Source of the DNA: Verrucomicrobiia bacterium
GTDB lineage: Bacteria > Verrucomicrobiota > Verrucomicrobiia > Limisphaerales > UBA1319
NCBI GenBank assembly: GCA_963664225.1
Contig: OY760937.1
Coordinates: forward strand, 4,384,001-4,448,000
Direction of reading: 5' to 3'
Length of the DNA stretch: 64,000 nt
Of the stretch, positions 1 through 9,860 are shown in pieces. The stretch's first letter is position 1. Each line of letters opens with the position of its first letter. The notes under the pieces are model-generated. The model searched no databases. It saw nothing but the letters and a program-made list of their open reading frames with translations, and was not told the DNA's origin. The position numbers and the translations under genes are program-made.

Positions 1-1
1 A

Positions 2-1129
2 CGCTTTCGCCGGGCGGTTGTGGACTCGCCGTTCCCCATTTTGTTGCATGCCGAGGACGGCGCGATCATTCAAGCCAGCCAGTCCTGGTATGAGATTACC
101 GGTTACACACGCGAGGAATTGACCACTATCGACGATTGGATGCGATGTGCTTACGGTGAACGGCGTCATCATATCAAAGCTTATATTGACCGGCTCTACG
201 CGCTGGATCGCAAAGTGTCCGATGGAGACTACGCGATTCGCGTCAAGGATGGCTCGACGCGTATCTGGGACTTCAGTTCCGCGCCGCTGGGCAGTCTGCC
301 GGATGGACGCCGGCTGGTCATCAGCATGGCCATGGACGTGACAGAGCGGCGCAAAGCCGAGTCGGATATTCGCAAACTGAATTCAGAACTGGAGCAGCGC
401 GTTCGCGAGCGAACCAACCAGCTCGAGGGGGCCAACAAGGAACTCGAAGCCTTCAGCTACTCGGTGTCCCACGACTTGCGCGCTCCTCTGCGCCACATCA
501 GCGGTTTCATGGATCTTCTGGAAAGGCATATGGGCCCGCAACTCGATGACCAGGGTCGCCAGTATATCCAGCATGTTTCAGGAGCCGCCAGGGACATGAC
601 GCGGCTGATCGAAAGCCTGCTCAACTTTTCACGCATGGGACGGGCGCATATTCAATGGACTGACGTGAATATGGACGCGCTGGTGCAAGCCGCAATCATC
701 ACACTTGGCCCTGCAATGGAGGGGCGAAAGATCGAATGGGAAATCAGCCCGCTTGCCCATGTGACGGGCGATCACGATTTGTTGCAGTTGGTTTGGGCTA
801 ATTTAATTGGCAATGCCATCAAGTACACACGAGGGCGGGACCCAGCCCAAATTGCCATCACCTGCAATGTTCGGGAGGCGGCCGATTCCTCCGGCGGAAC
901 CGGTGAGTGGATATTTTCGGTGCGCGACAATGGCGCTGGGTTTGACATGGCCTATGCGGACAAATTGTTTGGGGTTTTTCAGCGGTTGCATCGCCAGGAC
1001 GAGTTCGAGGGCATCGGCATCGGCCTTGCGAACGTCCTGCGCATCATCACGCGTCATGGCGGACGCGTATGGGCGGAGGCCAAAGTCAATGAGGGGGCCA
1101 CCTTCCATTTTAGTTTGCCGAAAAGATGA
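2..1129 (+). CDS. PAS-domain sensor histidine kinase (Cph1/bacteriophytochrome-like kinase core), 5'-truncated by the window edge
   Basis: PAS/PAC end (MDVTERR), H-box FSYSVSHDLRAPLRH, N-box NLIGNAIKY, G1 DNGAGF, F-box LFGVFQRLH, G2 GIGIGLA; frame is open back to position 2. Confidence 0.93.
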   Translation, partial: RFRRAVVDSPFPILLHAEDGAIIQASQSWYEITGYTREELTTIDDWMRCAYGERRHHIKAYIDRLYALDRKVSDGDYAIRVKDGSTRIWDFSSAPLGSLPDGRRLVISMAMDVTERRKAESDIRKLNSELEQRVRERTNQLEGANKELEAFSYSVSHDLRAPLRHISGFMDLLERHMGPQLDDQGRQYIQHVSGAARDMTRLIESLLNFSRMGRAHIQWTDVNMDALVQAAIITLGPAMEGRKIEWEISPLAHVTGDHDLLQLVWANLIGNAIKYTRGRDPAQIAITCNVREAADSSGGTGEWIFSVRDNGAGFDMAYADKLFGVFQRLHRQDEFEGIGIGLANVLRIITRHGGRVWAEAKVNEGATFHFSLPKR

Positions 1130-1142
1130 GACTGAGTTTTAA

Positions 1143-1589
1143 ATGACAGAACCAATGAAGCCCATGAAGCGCATCCTGCTTGCGGAAGACAGTCCCCGTG
1201 ATGTGGAACTCACCTTGAGCGCTCTGAACGAGCATCACCTCGCCAACCAGGTGGTGGTGGTGCGGGATGGCGTGGAAACCATGCAGTATTTGCGCCGCCA
1301 GGACGCGTTTGCGAATCGGCCTGAAGGCAATCCGGTAGTGATCCTACTGGATATCAAAATGCCGCGTTGGAACGGCCTGGATGTCCTGCGCGAGATTCGC
1401 TCCGATCCACAGCTCAAATTGATTCCCGTCGTGGTGCTCACCTCCTCGCGCGAAGAGCCGGATTTGGTCGAATGCTATCGCCTGGGGGTCAATGCCTACG
1501 TGGTCAAACCGGTCACGTTTACTGAGTTTGTTGACGCGGTGAAGGAATTGGGGCTTTTTTGGGCCGTCATTAACGAACCGCCGCCCTGA
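1143..1589 (+). CDS. Single-domain response regulator (Rcp1/CheY-like), cognate to the upstream kinase
   Basis: ILLAED, ILLDIKMP, VVVLTSS, NAYVVKP, terminal FWAVINEPP typical of Rcp1-type receivers. Confidence 0.93.
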   Translation: MTEPMKPMKRILLAEDSPRDVELTLSALNEHHLANQVVVVRDGVETMQYLRRQDAFANRPEGNPVVILLDIKMPRWNGLDVLREIRSDPQLKLIPVVVLTSSREEPDLVECYRLGVNAYVVKPVTFTEFVDAVKELGLFWAVINEPPP

Positions 1590-1660
1590 TCAGGGTGTTT
1601 GGTTTTGTGTTTTTGACAGACGTGTGTGACACGGCCAGGCCAGCCGCCCAAAATGATCAC

Positions 1661-2875
1661 ATGAAAACGGACATCCAAATCTCCAGGCCGATTGCGCTGC
1701 CGGGCATGAGTCGCAGGCGATTTCTTCGTGGTGTCGGTTTGGCCTCCGCAGCCGCGGTATTGGGCGGTCTGCCCAAGGCCATGGCGGAGCCGAATCCCGA
1801 AATTCTCGATACCCGCATCATAAGCCATCAACCGCAATATTACCATGGCTGGCCCACAGTGGCGCGACGGCGCAATGGTCAGTTGATGGTCGCGTATTCC
1901 GGCGGACGCGAAAGCCATGTCTGCCCTTTTGGCCGGGTGGAGCTGATGGTTTCGTCCGACAATGGCCAGACTTGGGGCTGGCCGCAGGTGCTGCTGGACA
2001 GCGCCATTGACGATCGGGATGCTGGTGTGATGGAAACCGCGCGTGGAACCATTCTGGTCACCACCTTTACTTCGCTGGCTTACGAGGCGCGTTTGAAAGA
2101 GGCGTTAAAGAAAAAACCAGGCGATCCCGGCGCCTGGCCGGCGGAGCAACTTAACGCGTGGCAGTCGGCTCATCAGCGGTTGACCGCAGAACAGCGACAG
2201 GCCGAATTGGGCCAGTGGATGATTCGTTCCACAGACGGCGGCGTGACCTGGTCCGCGCGTTATCCCACCATCATCAACAGCCCGCACGGACCAATTCAAT
2301 TGGCCGATGGACGATTGCTGTATGCGGGCAAGGAGCTTTGGACCAGGGCAGAGCGCGTCGGCGTGTGCGAATCCCTTGATGATGGTCAGACCTGGCGCTG
2401 GTTGGCGCCGATTCCCGCCCGGCCTGGGGACGACGTCAAAAATTATCACGAACTGCACGCCGTGGAGACTGGCGACGCGCGCATCCTGGTTCAAATTCGC
2501 AATCACAATACGGCCAATAATGACGAAACGCTCCAGACCGAATCCGCCGATGGAGGCAGGAACTGGTCGGTGCCGCACCCGGTGGGCGTCTGGGGCTTGC
2601 CATCCTTTCTGAACCGTCTGCGTAGTGGCCGGTTGCTCATGACGTATGGGCACCGCCGCCCGCCCTTCGGCAATCAGGCCCGGTTCAGCGACGATCACGG
2701 GCGGACTTGGTCGAAGCCGTTGATCATTTCAGGCGACGGCGCAGGCGGTGACTTGGGTTATCCCAGCACCGTCGAACTGGAGGATGGCTCGCTGCTCACG
2801 ATCTGGTATGAGTCGGTTAAAGGTTTGCCGCACGCGGTATTGCGCCAGGCATACTGGCGGTTGACAGCCGGTTGA
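1661..2875 (+). CDS. Tat-exported BNR/Asp-box (sialidase-like) beta-propeller protein
   Basis: Twin-arginine signal SRRRFLR plus hydrophobic stretch; five Asp boxes (SSDNGQTW, STDGGVTW, SLDDGQTW, SADGGRNW, SDDHGRTW); DLGYPS motif; ATG at 1661 chosen. Confidence 0.88.
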   Translation: MKTDIQISRPIALPGMSRRRFLRGVGLASAAAVLGGLPKAMAEPNPEILDTRIISHQPQYYHGWPTVARRRNGQLMVAYSGGRESHVCPFGRVELMVSSDNGQTWGWPQVLLDSAIDDRDAGVMETARGTILVTTFTSLAYEARLKEALKKKPGDPGAWPAEQLNAWQSAHQRLTAEQRQAELGQWMIRSTDGGVTWSARYPTIINSPHGPIQLADGRLLYAGKELWTRAERVGVCESLDDGQTWRWLAPIPARPGDDVKNYHELHAVETGDARILVQIRNHNTANNDETLQTESADGGRNWSVPHPVGVWGLPSFLNRLRSGRLLMTYGHRRPPFGNQARFSDDHGRTWSKPLIISGDGAGGDLGYPSTVELEDGSLLTIWYESVKGLPHAVLRQAYWRLTAG

Positions 2876-3281
2876 AGGAATCCATTTTTTCAACCATAAA
2901 CCACCGCTCATTCCTGGCTGATAAACCACCGGATTGCTTGGAATTGAACCTGGTTCCATGAAGAAAACCCATTTCGGCGGAGTTACAGGGTCGGCTTCAA
3001 GACGCTCATAGGGCTTTTTACGATATCGTAAAAGCGATCCATTTAATTTCTAAAGCACTGTGGTTCTTGTAATTAAAAGCGATCCACACGCATTTTTGTC
3101 TTGCATATCCTTAAAATATCTGGACGTCGGGTTTTGTTCCTGTAGCGTGGTGCGTTTGTGCCTCCGACGGGGAGGCTTGTTGCAACAGAAGCCCGGGCCT
3201 GAATGGCTGCAGGGCCGCTTGGTGCGCCTGAAAAGGGATACGAGGGTAGGCGCCCTGGCAAAATATTGAGAATCAAGAATC

Positions 3282-3491
3282 GTGAGAAAATTAGAGTTAA
3301 GAAATCGCATTTTGACCGAGTATCCACACGTCAAAGCCCGTTTGAAACGGGTGACGGAAGCCCCGGGCGCCTCCATGGCGCGCTGGCGCATCCGGATTGA
3401 TGGGGCCGCGAATGCCCAGGAGATCCAGAAAATCAATGGGTGGGCGCATGCGGCGAATATTCTGCCGCACACCGAGTCCCACGCTGAATAG
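3282..3491 (+). CDS. Possible small hypothetical protein (69 aa)
   Basis: GTG-start ORF in an otherwise empty 780-bp gap, followed by a hairpin and a U-tailed terminator; no recognisable motif. Confidence 0.35.
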   Translation: MRKLELRNRILTEYPHVKARLKRVTEAPGASMARWRIRIDGAANAQEIQKINGWAHAANILPHTESHAE

Positions 3492-3550
3492 CAGGAGCGA
3501 TTCCGGGAGCCTGCGTGTTTTTAACAGGCTCCGGACGTTCGAAATTATGG

Positions 3551-3578
3551 GGGCGGGTGTAAAACCGGCCCTTTTTTT
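3551..3578 (+). terminator. Putative intrinsic terminator
   Basis: GGGCGGGT-GTAAA-ACCGGCCC imperfect stem followed by a long T run. Confidence 0.55.
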
Positions 3579-3655
3579 GTTTTTGTAAAAGGTTGAATTG
3601 ACGCAGGCCCACTCTATATTGGTGGGTCTTGGCAGGTCAGGTGCCTTTGCCGGAT

Positions 3656-4018
3656 ATGCAGATTCATTTACTGAAGTCAAAGATACATCGTGCCCGCGTG
3701 ACGGGTGGCAATTTGGATTACGAAGGTAGTCTGACCATCGCTGCGGATTTGATGGAGAAAGCCGGGTTTCAAGCCTACGAGCGGATCCTGTGCAGCAACA
3801 TGGCCAATGGCGAGCGGTTTGAGACGTATGCCATTCCCGGACCTAAAGGCTCTGGAGCAATTGTGCTCAACGGAGCGGCGGCGCATTTGGGCAAGACCGG
3901 GGATCGGTTGACCATCATGAGTTTCGCAGAAGTGGATGCCGCGCAGGCGGGTGGATGGCAGCCACGCGTCATTGTTCTTGGAGAGAACAATGCGGTCATC
4001 AACGAGCGGGGCATATAG
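3656..4018 (+). CDS. panD: Aspartate 1-decarboxylase
   Basis: [12 protein letters not shown]...YEGSLTI (Gly-Ser self-cleavage site), [16 protein letters not shown]. Confidence 0.96.
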   Translation: MQIHLLKSKIHRARVTGGNLDYEGSLTIAADLMEKAGFQAYERILCSNMANGERFETYAIPGPKGSGAIVLNGAAAHLGKTGDRLTIMSFAEVDAAQAGGWQPRVIVLGENNAVINERGI

Positions 4019-4067
4019 TCGGCAGCGGTGGCCGGTAAGATTTTAACTTTTAAAAACCAAAACCTTC

Positions 4068-5135
4068 ATGGCATTTACGGCGGGTGAAATTGCGGAGAAA
4101 TTGCAGGGCCAGGTCATCGGAGATGCCTCGGTCGTCCTGACCGGCTTTGCGCCTGCGAGCACGGCCAAGGCGGGCGATTTGACGTTCGCTGAGAATCCCA
4201 CCTATCTGGCGCGTGCGGAACAGACGCCGGCGGCGGCCATTCTGGTGGATGGTGAATATGTGTCCGATAAGAAGGTGATTGTGCGTGTGGCCAACGCCCG
4301 CATTGCTTTTGCAAGGGCGCTGGAACTATTTTTTCCCGAGCCGCCATGCAAACCGGGGATTCATCCCACAGCGGTTGTGGATGCAACGGCGGAGGTGGAT
4401 CCCAGCGCGCAAATTGGACCGCACTGCGTGATCGGCAGCCAGGTTCGCATTGGGCCGCAGGTGGTTTTGCAGGGTGGAAACCATGTGGGGGAGCAATGCC
4501 AGGTGGGCGAGGGGACGCATTTGTTTCCCAATGTCATCCTGTATGCGCGCACACAAATCGGGCGGAAGGTGCGGATACATGCCGGCACGGTGATTGGATC
4601 AGACGGCTTCGGTTACGTTTTTGACCAGGGCGCGCACCGGAAGGTGCCGCAGGCGGGCAATGTCATCATTCAGGATGATGTGGAGATTGGGGCCAATGTG
4701 ACGATTGACCGGGGTACGTTGGGGCCCACAGTGATCGGCAAGGGAACTAAGATCGACAACCTGGTAATGATCGGTCATAATGTGATTTTGGGTGAGAATT
4801 GTCTGCTGATCGCCCAGGTGGGCGTGGCGGGAAGCACCAAGCTGGGGAATTTTGTTATTTTGGCGGGCCAGGTGGGATTGGCGGGTCACCTCAAGATTGG
4901 TGATCGTGTAACCGTGGCGGCCCAATCGGGCGTGATGAACGATATCGGCGAAGGGGAGAAATGGATGGGATCGCCGGCCCGGCCTGATCGCCAGATGAAG
5001 CGCCAGTTGGTGGCCAGCCATCAGTTGCCTGAATTTATTCGACGGGTCCAGGAATTGGAACGCCGGGTGGCGGAGTTGAGTGGTGAGAGTGGAACGTTGG
5101 TGAAAAACATAGTTGAAACACAAAAACAGGATTGA
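4068..5135 (+). CDS. lpxD: UDP-3-O-(3-hydroxyacyl)glucosamine N-acyltransferase
   Basis: Hexapeptide repeats, [33 protein letters not shown]. Confidence 0.96.
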   Translation: MAFTAGEIAEKLQGQVIGDASVVLTGFAPASTAKAGDLTFAENPTYLARAEQTPAAAILVDGEYVSDKKVIVRVANARIAFARALELFFPEPPCKPGIHPTAVVDATAEVDPSAQIGPHCVIGSQVRIGPQVVLQGGNHVGEQCQVGEGTHLFPNVILYARTQIGRKVRIHAGTVIGSDGFGYVFDQGAHRKVPQAGNVIIQDDVEIGANVTIDRGTLGPTVIGKGTKIDNLVMIGHNVILGENCLLIAQVGVAGSTKLGNFVILAGQVGLAGHLKIGDRVTVAAQSGVMNDIGEGEKWMGSPARPDRQMKRQLVASHQLPEFIRRVQELERRVAELSGESGTLVKNIVETQKQD

Positions 5136-5183
5136 CGGGGAGCACCTATCTGATAGGTTTTCGCCTCTTTATTTGAGATTTAG

Positions 5184-5618
5184 ATGAAAACGTATTTGCC
5201 GAAAGTGAATTTGGAGCAGCGCAAATGGCATTTGATTGATGCCAACGGCGCGGTATTGGGCCGTTTGGCCGTGCAAGCTGCGAATATGCTGCGTGGTCGC
5301 AACACTCCCGCATACACCCCTTTTTGGGACACGGGCGGTTTTGTGGTGGTGATCAACGCTGAAAAAGTGATTGTCACGGGCAAGAAAGAGACCGATAAGG
5401 TTTACATGACCTACTCGGGATGGAAAGGCGGAGAGCATTTTTCGACTGTCGAGAAATTGCGCGAGACCAATCCCCGGCGCTTGATCATGCACGCGGTCGC
5501 GGGCATGATCCCAAAGAATCGCCTCGGCCGTCAGATGATGACCAAGCTCAAAGTCTATAAAGGCAGTGTGCATCCGCACAGCGCCCAATGCCCGGTTCCG
5601 ATGAGTGTTAACCAATAG
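5184..5618 (+). CDS. rplM: 50S ribosomal protein L13
   Basis: WHLIDA..VLGRLA, YTPFWDTG, GMIPKNRLGR, HPHSAQ. Confidence 0.98.
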   Translation: MKTYLPKVNLEQRKWHLIDANGAVLGRLAVQAANMLRGRNTPAYTPFWDTGGFVVVINAEKVIVTGKKETDKVYMTYSGWKGGEHFSTVEKLRETNPRRLIMHAVAGMIPKNRLGRQMMTKLKVYKGSVHPHSAQCPVPMSVNQ

Positions 5619-5627
5619 TTTTTCATT

Positions 5628-6029
5628 ATGTCAGAAGCAATCGCACAGGAATTTCTCGGCACGGGTCGTCGCAAAACCTCGGTCGCTCGTGTTCGCCTGG
5701 CCCCGGGAACGGGCAAGGTCACGATCAACGGCCGGACATTGGAGACTTATTTTGGTCTTGAGCAGCTTCGCTGGCAAGTGATTCAGCCGCTCCAGACCAT
5801 TGACATGCTCACCAAGTATGACGTGAAGGTAAACGTCAAGGGTGGTGGTCCCAGCGGTCAGGCTGGCGCCATTCGTCACGGAGTCGCCCGCGCTCTTCTG
5901 CGTCTCGATGTGAATTTCAGGCCGGCCCTCAAGGCTGAAGGCTACCTCACACGCGATCCGCGCATGAAGGAACGCAAGAAGTACGGCCAACCCGGCGCGC
6001 GCCGTCGCTTCCAGTTCAGCAAGCGTTAA
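5628..6029 (+). CDS. rpsI: 30S ribosomal protein S9
   Basis: [43 protein letters not shown]. Confidence 0.98.
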   Translation: MSEAIAQEFLGTGRRKTSVARVRLAPGTGKVTINGRTLETYFGLEQLRWQVIQPLQTIDMLTKYDVKVNVKGGGPSGQAGAIRHGVARALLRLDVNFRPALKAEGYLTRDPRMKERKKYGQPGARRRFQFSKR

Positions 6030-6048
6030 AATATTTTTCGGAACGTTT

Positions 6049-6080
6049 ACCCCGCCGGCCAATGTCCGGCGGGGTTTTTT
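6049..6080 (+). terminator. Intrinsic terminator after rplM-rpsI
   Basis: ACCCCGCCGG / CCGGCGGGGT stem followed by a T tract. Confidence 0.8.
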
Positions 6081-6098
6081 GTTATACAGAAGGAATTT

Positions 6099-7169
6099 AT
6101 GAAAACGGCTCAGAAAGTCACAGTGGCCATTGTGGGTGCCTCGGGTTATTCGGGCGAGGAATTGGTGCGCCTGCTCCTGTCGCATCCCCTGGTGGAATTG
6201 ACCGCGATCACATCCCGCCAGTATGCGGGGCAGACGCTGGCCCAGGTGTTTCCCAAATTTGCCCACCACACGCAGGCGCGGGCGCTACGGTTTTGCGAGC
6301 CGGACGCCGCTGTGGTGGCCCGGTTGGCCAAGTATGTGTTTCTCGCCTTGCCGCATGGTGTGGCGGCGGAGATCGCCGTGCCTTTGCTCCAGGCGGGTTG
6401 CCGGGTGATCGACCTGAGCGCGGATTTCCGGTTGCGCAGCGCCACGATCTATCACGAATACTACGGGAAGGAACATTCCGCCCCCGCGCTGCTGGCCAAG
6501 GCCGTCTATGGTCTGCCGGAGCTTTATCGCGAGCGGATCAAAAAGGCGGAGCTGATTGCATCGGCGGGGTGTTATCCCACGAGCATTCTGGTGCCGCTGA
6601 TTCCTTTGTTGCGGGCCCGTTTGATTTCGCCTGTGGGGATCATTGCCGATTCGTTGAGCGGTGTCAGCGGCGCTGGACGCAAGGCGGAGCTGGACTATTT
6701 GTTTTGCGAATGCAACGAGAGCGTTCGCCCATACGGCCTGCCCAAACACCGGCATTTGTCCGAGATTGAACAGGAATTGAGCCTTTCGGCGGGCCAGGCG
6801 GTGGTGATGCAGTTCACGCCGCATTTGATTCCCGTCAACAAAGGCATTCTGTCCACCCTCTATGTGAATCCTGTATTCAAAGTGATGAATGCGGCCACGG
6901 CGCAGGAATTTAACGACAAGGTTGCGGCGTGTTATCGCGAGGCTTACAACGAGGAACCGTTTGTGCGCGTTCTGGAAGGCAAGGCCCTGCCCGATACGAA
7001 GAATGTGGTCGGCACGAACGTCGTGGAGTTCGCCTGGCGGGTGGATTCGCGCACGGGTCGGCTCATCGTGATGAGCGCCGAGGATAATCTGGTCAAGGGC
7101 GCCAGCGGCCAGGCAGTGCAGAATCTCAATTTAATGGCCGGTTTCCCGGAGATCACCGGGCTGCTCTGA
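6099..7169 (+). CDS. argC: N-acetyl-gamma-glutamyl-phosphate reductase
   Basis: GASGYSG, LALPHG, VIDLSADFRL, GCYPT catalytic Cys, SGVSGAG, DNLVKGASGQAVQN. Confidence 0.97.
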   Translation: MKTAQKVTVAIVGASGYSGEELVRLLLSHPLVELTAITSRQYAGQTLAQVFPKFAHHTQARALRFCEPDAAVVARLAKYVFLALPHGVAAEIAVPLLQAGCRVIDLSADFRLRSATIYHEYYGKEHSAPALLAKAVYGLPELYRERIKKAELIASAGCYPTSILVPLIPLLRARLISPVGIIADSLSGVSGAGRKAELDYLFCECNESVRPYGLPKHRHLSEIEQELSLSAGQAVVMQFTPHLIPVNKGILSTLYVNPVFKVMNAATAQEFNDKVAACYREAYNEEPFVRVLEGKALPDTKNVVGTNVVEFAWRVDSRTGRLIVMSAEDNLVKGASGQAVQNLNLMAGFPEITGLL

Positions 7170-7253
7170 GATTTCTTAAGTGAAGTGGGTTTGATAAACG
7201 AAGCCGACCAGTTTGCCAAAACTGGCCGGCCACTTCGAAACAATTTCGAAAGC

Positions 7254-7841
7254 TTACGCCCTTGCGGCGGCGACTCCGGCGTCAAACGCCTTGATATTCA
7301 GGGCGACGAATTTTTCCTTCACGCACTCCCGGATGGCCTGGTACCACGCTTCGGTGGGCAATTGAATGCCCGTGGACAACGCACCAACGATGACCGTGTT
7401 GGAGGCGCGAATATTGCCGGCGTCGATGGCGATTTGGACGGCATCCAGAAATAACAGACGCCGGAATGTTTTCTTGAGGCGTACTTCCGCATCCTCAGGA
7501 TATTTGGCGCTGCCGCTGGAGACGGAGACGGGAATCACCTCCTGTTTTGAAACCACAGCGAGGCCGTCTGGAGCGAGGTATTCGGCAAGCCGCAAGGCTT
7601 CGATGCACTCCAGCGAGGCAAGCACCTGGGCGGTTCCGGCCTCGATGAGCGGACCGTGAACTTCCGGACCGAAGCGGATTTGGGCAATGACCGATCCGCC
7701 GCGCTGGGCCATTCCGTGGACTTCGTTGGTTTTAACTTCGTATCCCGCGGCCATGGCGGCGCGCGCGACAATTTCGCTGGCGAGCAGAATGCCCTGGCCG
7801 CCGACACCGGCCAGAACCACGTTTGTGATGTTGTTGTTCAT
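7254..7841 (-). CDS. iorB: Indolepyruvate:ferredoxin oxidoreductase beta subunit
   Basis: LAGVGGQGILLAS, EVHGMAQRGGSV; directly downstream of iorA; start 7841 or 7853. Confidence 0.93.
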   Translation of the reverse strand: MNNNITNVVLAGVGGQGILLASEIVARAAMAAGYEVKTNEVHGMAQRGGSVIAQIRFGPEVHGPLIEAGTAQVLASLECIEALRLAEYLAPDGLAVVSKQEVIPVSVSSGSAKYPEDAEVRLKKTFRRLLFLDAVQIAIDAGNIRASNTVIVGALSTGIQLPTEAWYQAIRECVKEKFVALNIKAFDAGVAAARA

Positions 7842-7867
7842 GGAGAAATTCATTTGGCCGCGCGCGT

Positions 7868-9631
7868 TCAGGCGAGTGCTTTGGTGCTGATGGCGGTGAA
7901 AGGGCAGATTTGCTCGCACAGGCCGCAGCCACCGCAAAGCTGTTCATTGATGTTCAAGCCGTGACCCTCGGATTTTTCGACTGCCGGGCATCCAAGGTCC
8001 AGACACTGACCGCATTGCTGGCAAACCTCCGCATCCATGACCTTGGGTGGACCCACGGGCTTGCCTTCGTGCAGCGGACATGGAGCGCGGGAGACAATGA
8101 CGGAGGTTTCGTTCGATTCGAGGGCGTGTTCAATGACCCGCGTGGTGGTTTCCACCTCGTATGGATTGACGGTGACGACGTTCTTGACGCCGCAGGCCCT
8201 GGCGATGGCCTCAATGGAAACCGAAGGCACGGCCTGGCCCATGAGGTTGAGTTCGGTGCCAGGGTTGTCTTGATGGCCGGTCATGGCCGTGGTGCGGTTA
8301 TCCACGACAATGATCGTGGCCGCACCGCGATTATGGACCAAATCCAATATTCCTGTGATGCCGCTATGAAAAAATGTGGAATCGCCGACCATGCCGACGA
8401 CTTTTTTCTTTTCTCCCGCCTTGATGAGTCCCTGCGTCATGGAAATACCAGCGCCCATGCACAGAATGGTGTCCATGCGGTTCAGAGGCGGAAATACTCC
8501 CAAGCTGTAGCAGCCGATATCGCCGGTAACGACAATGTCGAATTTCGTCAGTGCGAAAAAGACGCCGCGATGTGGGCATCCGGCGCAAAGCACAGGCGGG
8601 CGTGACGGAAGGTCCTTGGTTTCGGGCAGGGGCGTGGAGGCAGGCACGGGCTTGCCTTCCATGAGCGCGCGGGCGGCGCGGAGGCGGCCGGGGCTCAGTT
8701 CGCCAACGCCGGGAACAAATGCGCGGCCTTCGCACGCGATGCCCAGCGCCTTGATGTGTTCCTCCAGAAAATCATCGAGTTCCTCCACCACTAGCACGCG
8801 CTCCACCTGGCTGGCGAATTGCCGGATCAGCGTGTCGGGGAAAGGATAGGACCAGCCGAGTTTCAAGACCGAGGCTTCAGGAAAGATGTCCCGGACGTAT
8901 TGATAGGCGATGCTGGAGGTCACGATGCCGAGCTTGGGCGAACGCATTTCGATGCGGTTGGCCGGACTTCTGGCAGCCGCTTCGCGCAGGCGCGGGAGGC
9001 GATCCTCGACGTTGCGGCGCATGACCCGGCCCCAGACGGGAATCGGAACGAATCGGGGCGGGTCCTTGACGAAGCCGATGGGCTTGGTCGAGGGACTGCG
9101 TTTCCCCAAAGCGACCAGGCTGCGCGAATGGCTGACCCGCGTGGTGGAGCGCAGGATCACCGGGGTCTTGAATTCCTCCGAAATGTCCAAAGCGATGCGA
9201 ATGAAATCCCGGGCTTCGGCGGAGTCGGACGGCTCGAAAATGGGGATTTTGGCGAACCGGGCATAATGGCGGGTGTCCTGCTCGTTCTGCGAGGAGTGCA
9301 TGCCCGGATCGTCCGCCACGCAGAGGACGAGGCCGCCGACCGCGCCGATGTAGGCAAACGTCATGAGCGGGTCCGCTGCCACGTTCAGGCCCACGTGCTT
9401 CATGGTCACGATGGAGCGCGCCCCGGCCAGCGATGCGCCCACGGCGACTTCGAGCGCCACCTTTTCATTCGGCGCCCATTCACAGAAGATGTCCGGCTTG
9501 TAGGTGGCTACAGCTTCCAGGATTTCGGTGGAGGGGGTGCCGGGATAGCCGGTGGCAACCGTCACACCCGCTTCGTAGGCACCCCGCGCAATGGCTTCAT
9601 TGCCGGTCATCAATTCTCGCATAGCATTCAT
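7868..9631 (-). CDS. iorA: Indolepyruvate:ferredoxin oxidoreductase alpha subunit
   Basis: GNEAIARGA, YPGTPSTEI, MKHVGLNVAADP, DDPGMHSSQNEQD, CAGCPHR, GDIGCY, GDSTFFHSG (TPP), two C-terminal CxxCxxC ferredoxin motifs; start 9631 or 9622. Confidence 0.95.
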   Translation of the reverse strand: MNAMRELMTGNEAIARGAYEAGVTVATGYPGTPSTEILEAVATYKPDIFCEWAPNEKVALEVAVGASLAGARSIVTMKHVGLNVAADPLMTFAYIGAVGGLVLCVADDPGMHSSQNEQDTRHYARFAKIPIFEPSDSAEARDFIRIALDISEEFKTPVILRSTTRVSHSRSLVALGKRSPSTKPIGFVKDPPRFVPIPVWGRVMRRNVEDRLPRLREAAARSPANRIEMRSPKLGIVTSSIAYQYVRDIFPEASVLKLGWSYPFPDTLIRQFASQVERVLVVEELDDFLEEHIKALGIACEGRAFVPGVGELSPGRLRAARALMEGKPVPASTPLPETKDLPSRPPVLCAGCPHRGVFFALTKFDIVVTGDIGCYSLGVFPPLNRMDTILCMGAGISMTQGLIKAGEKKKVVGMVGDSTFFHSGITGILDLVHNRGAATIIVVDNRTTAMTGHQDNPGTELNLMGQAVPSVSIEAIARACGVKNVVTVNPYEVETTTRVIEHALESNETSVIVSRAPCPLHEGKPVGPPKVMDAEVCQQCGQCLDLGCPAVEKSEGHGLNINEQLCGGCGLCEQICPFTAISTKALA

Positions 9632-9860
9632 TTTGGCGACAGAGGGCAATTATGGACAGAGTCCGTGCTCAGGGCAAGCTTCAGAGAGGTTGAGGCTCCG
9701 TTCCCGAGTGCCACTGCAACTAAGGGAAGGCGTTCTGATGAGTGGTCGGAAATGCGCAATCGTCCATAATCCGAGAAACGCATTAACAACAAATTCCCCT
9801 TCAATGGCAAAGTTTAGCCCTATCGCGACTTGTCAGGAGCATGGATGTGGCGTAAGTGCC

